Of a stretch of 38,772 nucleotides of DNA, positions 25,796 to 33,183 are shown in pieces. Position 1 is the stretch's first letter; every line of letters starts with the position of its first letter. The notes under the pieces were generated by a model. It was given only the letters and a program-made list of their open reading frames with translations. It had not been told where the DNA came from and did no database searches. Origin of the DNA: Gemmatimonadota bacterium (GTDB taxonomy: Bacteria; Gemmatimonadota; Gemmatimonadetes; Longimicrobiales; Longimicrobiaceae); contig JAHWJV010000001.1 of the NCBI GenBank assembly GCA_019348265.1, positions 1 to 38,772 on the forward strand, written 5' to 3'. A program made the translations under genes and the position numbers.

Positions 25796-26253
25796 GTCGA
25801 GAACGTTAGTCGGCTTGCCTGCGCATCATACTCCGTGAGCGTGCGGCCCTCGTCCGCGGATCCCTCTCTCACGAGCCTCCGACCCGCCTCTTTGTCAGGG
25901 TACCGGCTTCCTCGATTGTAGTGTTCAATGGGTTCCGTTGCAGCTGCGGTGCACCCGTCGGACCGCCACGCGAGTCCACACCTGCCGCGTCCCTCGACAT
26001 AGCTCGGGCTTTGTTGACCGGCAGCACGGTTGCGCCCGTCCGACTGCCCAGACCGCGGGCAGGTGCTGGGAGGCGTGCCCGCATTTGCTGATCGATGCCT
26101 CGCCGTTACTCGAGCGGACCATGCTCGAGCTCGGCGATTGCCGGACTGCCGTACGAGCGCCTCCGTATCCTCCGACGGATTCCATTCATGCCGCAGACCC
26201 GCGCTGCAAAAGACTCGATCGGAACGGGTAAGCTTCCGACACCGCTTCTCCCG

Positions 26254-26811
26254 ATGAGTGGATCACCTCCCGCCCCGGAAGAAGCAACGTGGGTAGAGAA
26301 GATTCGCCTCGGTGACCAGGAGGCATTCGGCACCCTGTTCCGCGCGCTGTACCCGAGCCTGTGCAATCTAGTCACGCGCCGCGTCAGGTCTCCCGAGATC
26401 GCGGAAGAGCTCGTGCAGGACATCTTCCTTCGCATGTGGGAGCGCCGCGAGACGCTAGACCCGGAGCAATCCATCACACGCTACCTCTACCGGGCGGCGA
26501 GGAACCAGGCGATCAACCACCTCAAGCACAGGAACATCGCCAGCAGGGCCCACGGCGTCCTGGTGTTGACCCTGCGACCCACGCAGCCCGCGGCCGAGGA
26601 CGAGGTTCGCTACACCGAGATCGCGACCGCCGCCCAGGACGCGATCAACCACCTCCCGGATCGCTGCCGCGAGATCTTCCTCCTGAGCCGGCAAGGGGAG
26701 CAATCATACTCCGACATTGCACACCTCCTCGGGATCTCGATCAAAACCGTCGAGACGCAGATGGGCCGAGCGCTCAAGACTCTCCGCTCCGCTCTTCTGC
26801 CATATCTCTGA
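26254..26811 (+). CDS. ECF-type RNA polymerase sigma-70 factor (FecI-like)
   Basis: Region 2 reads ELVQDIFLRMWERR...YLYRAARNQAINHLK. Region 4 HTH reads SYSDIAHLLGISIKTVETQMGRAL. Start is uncertain: ATG 26254 is preferred and ATG 26188 is possible. Confidence 0.9.
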   Translation: MSGSPPAPEEATWVEKIRLGDQEAFGTLFRALYPSLCNLVTRRVRSPEIAEELVQDIFLRMWERRETLDPEQSITRYLYRAARNQAINHLKHRNIASRAHGVLVLTLRPTQPAAEDEVRYTEIATAAQDAINHLPDRCREIFLLSRQGEQSYSDIAHLLGISIKTVETQMGRALKTLRSALLPYL

Positions 26812-26922
26812 GCCGGACCTCGCGGGATTCGTCGCATTGGGACTGGTGAGGGGAGGCCCCGTCGTAAGCGAGGCGATCCGACAGCCGCAAAACGGACAAG
26901 AGCGTACGAGCATCGATAAACG

Positions 26923-27984
26923 ATGGAACATGCACAGATCTGGGAGAGCTTAGCCCGCCACTACGCGGGGGAGAGCTCCGAGACGGAGGAGAGGGCTCTC
27001 ATGGCCTGGGCCGCGGAGGATCCGACCCGTCGTGAGATCTTGGAGACGGCACGCCAAGCGTGGCTTGCCGCGGGTTCCGCGGCTGAGCCCTGGGACCCGG
27101 GCGGTGCATGGGATCGAGTTCAAGCACGACTGGCGCCGGCGCCGTCCGCCCCGGGACGCCCGAGTCGCTTCGCGCGTTTCCAGCCGTCCAGAGAAGTCGA
27201 GGCTCACGCTTTCGCCAGGCGCTGGGCCGTCGCGGCGATCGGCGCGGCGATGATCACCGGGAGCCTCTACTGGACGCTCACGAGCCCGGCAGGTGATCCG
27301 GCGATCGCGGAGGAGTTGACCACCCCGAAAGGGGAGCGGGCGCACATGCGTCTCTCCGACGGGACGCGCGTCATTCTGGGACCGGACAGTCGGCTAGAGA
27401 TCCATGCGGATTTCGAGCGCTCGGCTCGCGAAGTCGGCCTTACTGGCGAGGCATACTTCGAGGTGGCTACGGACCCGAGACGTCCGTTCATCGTAAATGC
27501 AGGCGGGACCACCACGCAGGTGCTCGGCACCGAGTTCGACGTGCGTAGCTATCCCGCGGACTCCGTCGTCCGGGTCGTGGTCGGCGAAGGTCGGGTCGCT
27601 TTCCGCCCAACCGCGGTTGGTGAACGCGGGGCCGCGATCCTGAGTCCTGGCGATCTGGGCGAGCTGGCTGCAGGGAGCCGGAAGGTGTCCGTCCGGCGAG
27701 TGGACCCGGACCGATACATCGCCTGGCGTAACGGGAAGCTTGCGTTCGACGACGCGCCGCTGAGCCAGGTGGCGGTCGAGCTGGAGCGCTGGTATGGCGT
27801 ACCCGTCCAGATCGCGGATCCCTCGCTGCGCACACGCCGACTCACCGCATCCTTCCGCGACCAGCCCGTGGACGAGGTAATCGCCGTAATCGCGGCCTCT
27901 CTGGGACTCGATTTCCGGAAGATCGGAAACATGTTCACCTTCTTCCCCAAGGGCAGACTCTCGACGTTCGCGAACTCCAGGTAG
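26923..27984 (+). CDS. FecR-family anti-sigma factor / transmembrane sensor
   Basis: N-terminal anti-sigma region, one TM segment (WAVAAIGAAMITGSLYW), and FecR domain LSDGTRVILGPDSRLEI...GEAYFEV...TTTQVLGTEFDVRSY. It follows the ECF sigma gene. Confidence 0.9.
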   Translation: MEHAQIWESLARHYAGESSETEERALMAWAAEDPTRREILETARQAWLAAGSAAEPWDPGGAWDRVQARLAPAPSAPGRPSRFARFQPSREVEAHAFARRWAVAAIGAAMITGSLYWTLTSPAGDPAIAEELTTPKGERAHMRLSDGTRVILGPDSRLEIHADFERSAREVGLTGEAYFEVATDPRRPFIVNAGGTTTQVLGTEFDVRSYPADSVVRVVVGEGRVAFRPTAVGERGAAILSPGDLGELAAGSRKVSVRRVDPDRYIAWRNGKLAFDDAPLSQVAVELERWYGVPVQIADPSLRTRRLTASFRDQPVDEVIAVIAASLGLDFRKIGNMFTFFPKGRLSTFANSR

Positions 27985-28030
27985 TCCTCTCCCACCGTAC
28001 CGCTTAGTTGTCCATCCCAAAGGAGCGCTC

Positions 28031-31000
28031 ATGCGACTGAGGAATTGTGCCGTACTGTCTGTCGCGGTCCTGGTACCACTGATCGCCGCCGGAAAGTCCC
28101 CGGCTCAGCAGCCGGACTCGCAGGCTCGACAGCAACCGGTCCTTACCGCGACCCGGCTCGAGACTCCCGGAGGTCTGCTGCGGCGGGCGAGCCCCACTAC
28201 CACGCGCGGTGTGCTGAGCCGGAGGATCTCCCTGGAGCTTCGAAATGTCCCGATGGAGCGGGCCCTGAAGGCGATTGCCGCCGCGGGCGACATCCCGATC
28301 GCTTTCAGCGCGGACGTCGTCCCCGTTCAGGAGCCGATCTCGATAGAGGCGAGGGATCGAGAGCTTGGGGACGTTCTACGCTCCGTCTTCCAGGGTAGGC
28401 CGCTCGATCTCTGGGTGACTGCGAGCGGGCAGGTGGTGGTGGTTCCGACGGGGGATCGCACGTCGCCGAGCTCCCGGGCCACTCGCCTGCTCACCGCGAC
28501 TCGCCCTGAGCAGGCCGCGGGAACGATCACCGGGGTCGTCACCGGGTCGGGTGGACGACCTCTGGCGGGCGTAAGCGTCGCCGTGGCGGGGACGACGCGT
28601 GGGTCGCAAACCGATGCGCAGGGGCGGTACACCATCACCGGGGTGCCAGCGGGCAGGCGTACGCTCCGCGCCACGTTCGCCGGCCACGGTGAGGCGGTGC
28701 AGCAGGTGACGGTCACCGACGGCCAGACGGTCAGGGTGGACATCGAGCTCTCGCCGCAGGCCGTCCAGGTCGAGGGCGTGGTCGCCGTCGGCTACGGCAC
28801 CGCGCGCCGGCGTGACGTCACCGGGGCGGTCGGCTCCGTCTCGGTCGACGAGGTTCAGGTCGCGACCACCGCCACCGTGGGGCAGATGCTCCAGGGACGC
28901 GTAGCGGGCGCTCAGGTGACGCAGAACGACGGCACCCCGGGCGGAGGCGTGTCCATTCGCGTTCGCGGAACCGCCTCGATCTCCGCGGCCAGTGAGCCGC
29001 TCTACGTGATCGACGGGGTGCCCGTGATCTCCGCGGGCAACACCCGCGACCGGCGGGTCAACCCGCTTGCTTCGCTTTCCCCGAATGACATCGCCTCGAT
29101 CGAGGTGCTGAAGGACGCCTCGAGCACCGCGATCTACGGCGCGCGGGGCGCGTCGGGGGTGGTGCTGGTCACGACCAAGCAGGGTCAGCGAGGGCAGGAC
29201 CGCTTCACGGTCGAGTCCTCGTACGGGACGCAATCTCCGGCGAGATATCTGGACGTGCTCAACGGGCCGCAGTTCGCCGACATGGTGAACGAAGCAAGGA
29301 CCAACATCGGCCTGTCGCCCCTCTACACAGCCGCTGAGGTAGCGCGAATTCATGCGGCGGGTCCCGGGACGGATTGGCAGCGGGAACTGCTCCGCGAGGG
29401 GGTTCCGATGCAGGACCACTCGATCACCTTCAGCGGCGGCGACGCGCGGACGCGCTATCTGCTCTCGGGGAACTTCTTCGACCAGCAAGGGATCATCGTC
29501 GGCTCGGACTTCAGGCGCCTCTCGGGTCGCGTGAACCTCGACCGTACCCTCTCCGACCGGCTGCAGGTGGGAACGAGCCTCAACATCGGCAACACCGCAC
29601 GGAACAACCGCGGAGGTATGGAGGCCCTTCTCCGGTTCAACCCGGTGGTGGGGCCGAAGCTGGAGGATGGCACCTGGCGGATGAGCTCTCCCATCACCCA
29701 TCCGGGCTCGAACTCAGTCGCGATCGCGCACGAGAATCTCGACCGCGAGGCCAACTTCCAGGTCACCAACAACAGCTTCGCCGATTTCCGGATCGTGGAG
29801 GGGCTGCGCCTGCGCTCCTCTCTGGGCCTGGTTACCCGCAACGGGCGCGTGGACTTCTACGCCCCGCGGACCTCGCCCACCGGCGCTTCGGTCCTGGGCC
29901 AGGGCAGGGCGGAGACGGCGCAGACCACGAACCTGACCAACGACAACATCCTCTCCGCACAGCGCGAGTTGGGGCCGGGCACCCTCGACGTTACGGGCGG
30001 CTTTTCGGTGCAGACCTCGCGCACTCGAACGACGTTCTCGTCGAACGAGCAGTTCGTCAACGATCTGACGGGGGTGAACAACCTCGGGGCGGGGACGCGC
30101 CCCAGCGCCTCCACGGGCGACAGCGAATGGGCGCTGCTCTCCGTGCTGGGTCGAGCCAACTACAACCTGCTGGACCGGTATCTCTTCACCGTCACCGGCC
30201 GTCGGGACGGGAGCAGCCGCTTCGGAGCAAACAACAAGTGGGGCTTTTTCCCCTCGGCCGCCTTCGCCTGGCACGTGGTGGACGAGCCCTTCATGGCGAA
30301 CCAGTCGCTCTTCAGCGACGTGAAGCTCCGCCTCAGCTACGGGGTGACGGGCAACCAGGAGATCGGCCTCTACCAGTCGCTCGCCCGACTCACCGACGCA
30401 GGGTATGGGATCGGGGGTCAGACGGCGGTCGGCTTTGCCCCGGCAGGGGCGGCGCCGAATCCGGACCTGAAGTGGGAGACGACGAGGCAGGCCAACGCCG
30501 GGCTGGACTTCGGGGTGCTGGGGAATCGCGTCAACGGATCGATCGACGTCTATCGCAGCGTCACGGATGACCTGCTGCTCGCGGTCGCGCTTCCGTCAAG
30601 CTCCGGTTTCCAATCGCAGCTGCGGAACGTCGGCTCGGTGAGGAACGACGGGGTGGAGCTGATGCTGAACACGATCAACCTCCAGACGGCCCGCTTCTCC
30701 TGGAACTCGACGCTGACTTTGGCCCACAACCGCAACGAGGTGACCAATCTGGGCGTCGCGAAGGAACTGGCGAACGCGAGCCAGGGTGGTTTCGGGGGGA
30801 CGGGGCAGAACGTGCTCATCACGGTGGTCGGACAGCCGCTGGGCACATACTTCGGAAAGAAGACGGACGGGCTGTACCAGCAGGGCGACGCCTGTCCGCT
30901 GAAGGTCCTACGGAGGAATCTGGACTGCGTGCCGGGGGAGTACCGCTATGTGGATGTGAACGGGGACGGGAGGATCAACGTGAATGACAACGTGGTCCTT

Positions 31001-31498
31001 GGCGACGGGCAGCCGGACCTGTACGGAGGGTTGGCGAACAATGTGACGGCGGGACCGTTAGAACTGAGCGCCTTCCTGCAGTTCAGCTACGGGGCGGACG
31101 TGCTGAACCAGTTGGGGATCTGGGACCGGCAGGTCAACACCTTCTCGAACCAGAGGGCCGTCGCGCTGGATCGCTGGACACCGACGAACACGAACACGGG
31201 CGTGCCGCGGGCGAACGCGGACCGGCCGCGGGAGGTGTACGATATTCACGTCGAGGACGGCTCGTTCGTCCGGCTGCAGACCGTGTCGTTGGGATATAAA
31301 GTGCCGGCGCGGTTGGTTCCGGGCGCGAATGACGTGCGGGTGTACGTGACCGGGCAGAACGTGAAGCTGTGGACGCGGTACTCCGGGTACGATCCCGAGG
31401 TGAACAGCTTCGCGAACGACGCCACCGCGCCGGGGGTGGATTGGGATCCATACCCGAGGGCCCGCAGCTATAGCGTCGGTGTCAACCTCGCCTTCTGA
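28031..31498 (+). CDS. SusC/RagA-family TonB-linked outer membrane protein with an N-terminal STN signalling domain and a carboxypeptidase-regulatory-like domain
   Basis: AAGGAG Shine-Dalgarno sequence and a signal peptide are present. The STN-like segment reads LELRNVPMERALKAIAAAGDIPIAF. The CarbopepD_reg-like segment reads GTITGVVTGSGGRPLAGVSVAVAGTTRGSQTDAQGRYTI. The plug reads EPLYVIDGVPV...IEVLKDASSTAIYGARGASGVVLVTTKQG. The protein ends with a C-terminal aromatic ...VNLAF. Confidence 0.93.
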   Translation: MRLRNCAVLSVAVLVPLIAAGKSPAQQPDSQARQQPVLTATRLETPGGLLRRASPTTTRGVLSRRISLELRNVPMERALKAIAAAGDIPIAFSADVVPVQEPISIEARDRELGDVLRSVFQGRPLDLWVTASGQVVVVPTGDRTSPSSRATRLLTATRPEQAAGTITGVVTGSGGRPLAGVSVAVAGTTRGSQTDAQGRYTITGVPAGRRTLRATFAGHGEAVQQVTVTDGQTVRVDIELSPQAVQVEGVVAVGYGTARRRDVTGAVGSVSVDEVQVATTATVGQMLQGRVAGAQVTQNDGTPGGGVSIRVRGTASISAASEPLYVIDGVPVISAGNTRDRRVNPLASLSPNDIASIEVLKDASSTAIYGARGASGVVLVTTKQGQRGQDRFTVESSYGTQSPARYLDVLNGPQFADMVNEARTNIGLSPLYTAAEVARIHAAGPGTDWQRELLREGVPMQDHSITFSGGDARTRYLLSGNFFDQQGIIVGSDFRRLSGRVNLDRTLSDRLQVGTSLNIGNTARNNRGGMEALLRFNPVVGPKLEDGTWRMSSPITHPGSNSVAIAHENLDREANFQVTNNSFADFRIVEGLRLRSSLGLVTRNGRVDFYAPRTSPTGASVLGQGRAETAQTTNLTNDNILSAQRELGPGTLDVTGGFSVQTSRTRTTFSSNEQFVNDLTGVNNLGAGTRPSASTGDSEWALLSVLGRANYNLLDRYLFTVTGRRDGSSRFGANNKWGFFPSAAFAWHVVDEPFMANQSLFSDVKLRLSYGVTGNQEIGLYQSLARLTDAGYGIGGQTAVGFAPAGAAPNPDLKWETTRQANAGLDFGVLGNRVNGSIDVYRSVTDDLLLAVALPSSSGFQSQLRNVGSVRNDGVELMLNTINLQTARFSWNSTLTLAHNRNEVTNLGVAKELANASQGGFGGTGQNVLITVVGQPLGTYFGKKTDGLYQQGDACPLKVLRRNLDCVPGEYRYVDVNGDGRINVNDNVVLGDGQPDLYGGLANNVTAGPLELSAFLQFSYGADVLNQLGIWDRQVNTFSNQRAVALDRWTPTNTNTGVPRANADRPREVYDIHVEDGSFVRLQTVSLGYKVPARLVPGANDVRVYVTGQNVKLWTRYSGYDPEVNSFANDATAPGVDWDPYPRARSYSVGVNLAF

Positions 31499-31565
31499 TA
31501 TCCACAATCCAGGGGCCATGCCCGGAACGCCGGGCGGCCCCGTCCCTCACCTGCACGGTAAAGCG

Positions 31566-33062
31566 ATGCGGAATACGCATATTGCATGTCTGGTCGTCCT
31601 GGCGACCCTCCAGGTTGCGTGCGGCGACTTACTGACCGAGACGCCACGATCGACGGTGGTGGTGGAGACCTTTTACAAGACCGAGGCGGACGCGAGAGCC
31701 GCCATCGTGGCGGCGTACCAGCCGTTCACGACCGGCAACCTCTTCGGCACGGCGCTGCAGTGGGGACTGAATGCCGGCACGGACGATGCCCGGGTGGGCC
31801 AGGAGGAGGAGAATCCGGTCATCATCAGCCTCAGCCGGATGAACTACGATTCTCGCATCAGTTTCTTCGCAAACTCCTGGAGGGGTTTGTATCTGGTCAT
31901 CGGCCGGGCGAACATCGTGCTGGAAAAGGTGCCCGCCATCAACATGGACGAGGCGGCCAAGCAGAGTATCCTGGGCGAGGCGAAGTTCCTGCGCGCGCTG
32001 TCGTACCACTACCTGGTGCGCCTCTGGGGTGACGTGCCGCTGGTACGCACCCCGGAGGAGCAGCTGACTGTGGGGACGCGCGCTCCCAAGGCCGAAGTGT
32101 ACGCCCAGATCATCAAGGACGCGCAGGAGGCCGCAGCGGCCCTGCCGGCCACCCGGGACGCGGGGAATCGAGGTCGGGCGACCAAAACGTCGGCACAGGC
32201 GCTACTGGCGGAAGTCTACCTCTGGCGGTCGACCCGCGAATCATCCAATGAATGGGCGGCAGCGGCGGCAGCGGCCAAGCAGATCATAGACTCCGGCGCC
32301 CACCGCCTGACGCCGACCTTCATCGACGCCTTCCTGCCGGGATCGCAGAACCGCCCCGAGGAGGTCTTCGCCATCCAGGCATCGGCGGCAACCGGCGCCT
32401 CGCAAATCAGCATCGCGGTCTGGACGTATCCCCGGCAGCTGCTCCCCAACCAGGCGGGCGGGTGGGCGACCTATACACCGCTGCCGTGGTTCATGAACAG
32501 TTACCCAGCGGGTGACGTTCGGGGCCAGACCGGATCGCAGGTGGGTCTGCCCGGGCAGAATGGTGTCGGCTTCTTCACGAGCGGCCGCCTCCTCAACGGA
32601 ACGGTGGTGAACTTCGAGCCCCGCATCTACAAGTTCCGGCCCTCCACCCGGCCCGGCCCGCAGGATGCGAACTGGCCGATCTTCCGCTACGCCGACGTGC
32701 TGCTGATGTATGCCGAGGCGGTGAACGAGCTCGGCCGCCCGGACGAGGCGATCCAGTACGTCAACATGGTTCGGGCCCGCGCGCGCAACGGGACGGGGAG
32801 CGAGAACCGGGCGCAGCCCGCGTCCCTCCCGGTCACGAACCAGGCCGCCACGCGCGAGGCGATCTTCCAGGAGCGTCACTGGGAGTTGGCCTTCGAGGGC
32901 AAGCGGTGGTTCGATCTGGTGAGGCGCGGCAGCGGTTACTTCCTCGCGTCCCTCCGGCGCGATCCGACCGCGACGGACGCCGACGTGAACGACATGCTCT
33001 GGCCCATCCCGGAGACGGAGAGGGGGGTTAGCCCTGGGCTGACCCAGAATCCCGGCTACTGA
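31566..33062 (+). CDS. SusD/RagB-family outer membrane lipoprotein
   Basis: Lipobox LQVACG. SusD-like motifs seen: LRALSYHYLVRLWGDVPL, RYADVLLMYAEAVNELG, ERHWELAFEGKRWFDLVR. It lies immediately downstream of the SusC-like gene. Start set at ATG 31566. Confidence 0.9.
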   Translation: MRNTHIACLVVLATLQVACGDLLTETPRSTVVVETFYKTEADARAAIVAAYQPFTTGNLFGTALQWGLNAGTDDARVGQEEENPVIISLSRMNYDSRISFFANSWRGLYLVIGRANIVLEKVPAINMDEAAKQSILGEAKFLRALSYHYLVRLWGDVPLVRTPEEQLTVGTRAPKAEVYAQIIKDAQEAAAALPATRDAGNRGRATKTSAQALLAEVYLWRSTRESSNEWAAAAAAAKQIIDSGAHRLTPTFIDAFLPGSQNRPEEVFAIQASAATGASQISIAVWTYPRQLLPNQAGGWATYTPLPWFMNSYPAGDVRGQTGSQVGLPGQNGVGFFTSGRLLNGTVVNFEPRIYKFRPSTRPGPQDANWPIFRYADVLLMYAEAVNELGRPDEAIQYVNMVRARARNGTGSENRAQPASLPVTNQAATREAIFQERHWELAFEGKRWFDLVRRGSGYFLASLRRDPTATDADVNDMLWPIPETERGVSPGLTQNPGY

Positions 33063-33071
33063 CGGGGCGGT

Positions 33072-33119
33072 GAGCCGTCTGGAGCACCCAGCCGCTCGGC
33101 TGCGTGCCCCAGACAGCTC
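33072..33119 (+). other. Long imperfect hairpin between the susD-like gene and the oxidoreductase gene
   Basis: GAGCCGTCTGG (33072-82) pairs with CCAGACAGCTC (33109-19) with one mismatch. Inner stems are GCAC/GTGC and CAGCC/GGCTG, with loop GCTC. It starts 10 nt after the susD-like stop and has no clear U-tract. Confidence 0.4.
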
Positions 33120-33183
33120 ACGTGCGTTTCCTGATAGCTGGCCCACCTTCCTGCCCGATCTCTATCACTCTCAGAGGACGCGC

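Noticed and set aside
26221-26248. GGAAC-N17-CGCTTC as an ECF-type promoter
   Set aside because: The match is weak and would put the transcription start on the ATG at 26254. It cannot be supported without 5'-end data.
25869-26257. Short ORFs (71-97 aa, both strands) in the long gap upstream of the ECF sigma gene
   Set aside because: Their composition is Arg/Pro/Gly/Cys-rich and they overlap one another. They show no coding-like third-position pattern or motifs that I could recognise.
33131-33140. Single CTGATAGCTG copy resembling the 201-256 heptamer
   Set aside because: There is only one unit plus flanks, with no tandem array or inverted partner nearby. It is most likely chance.
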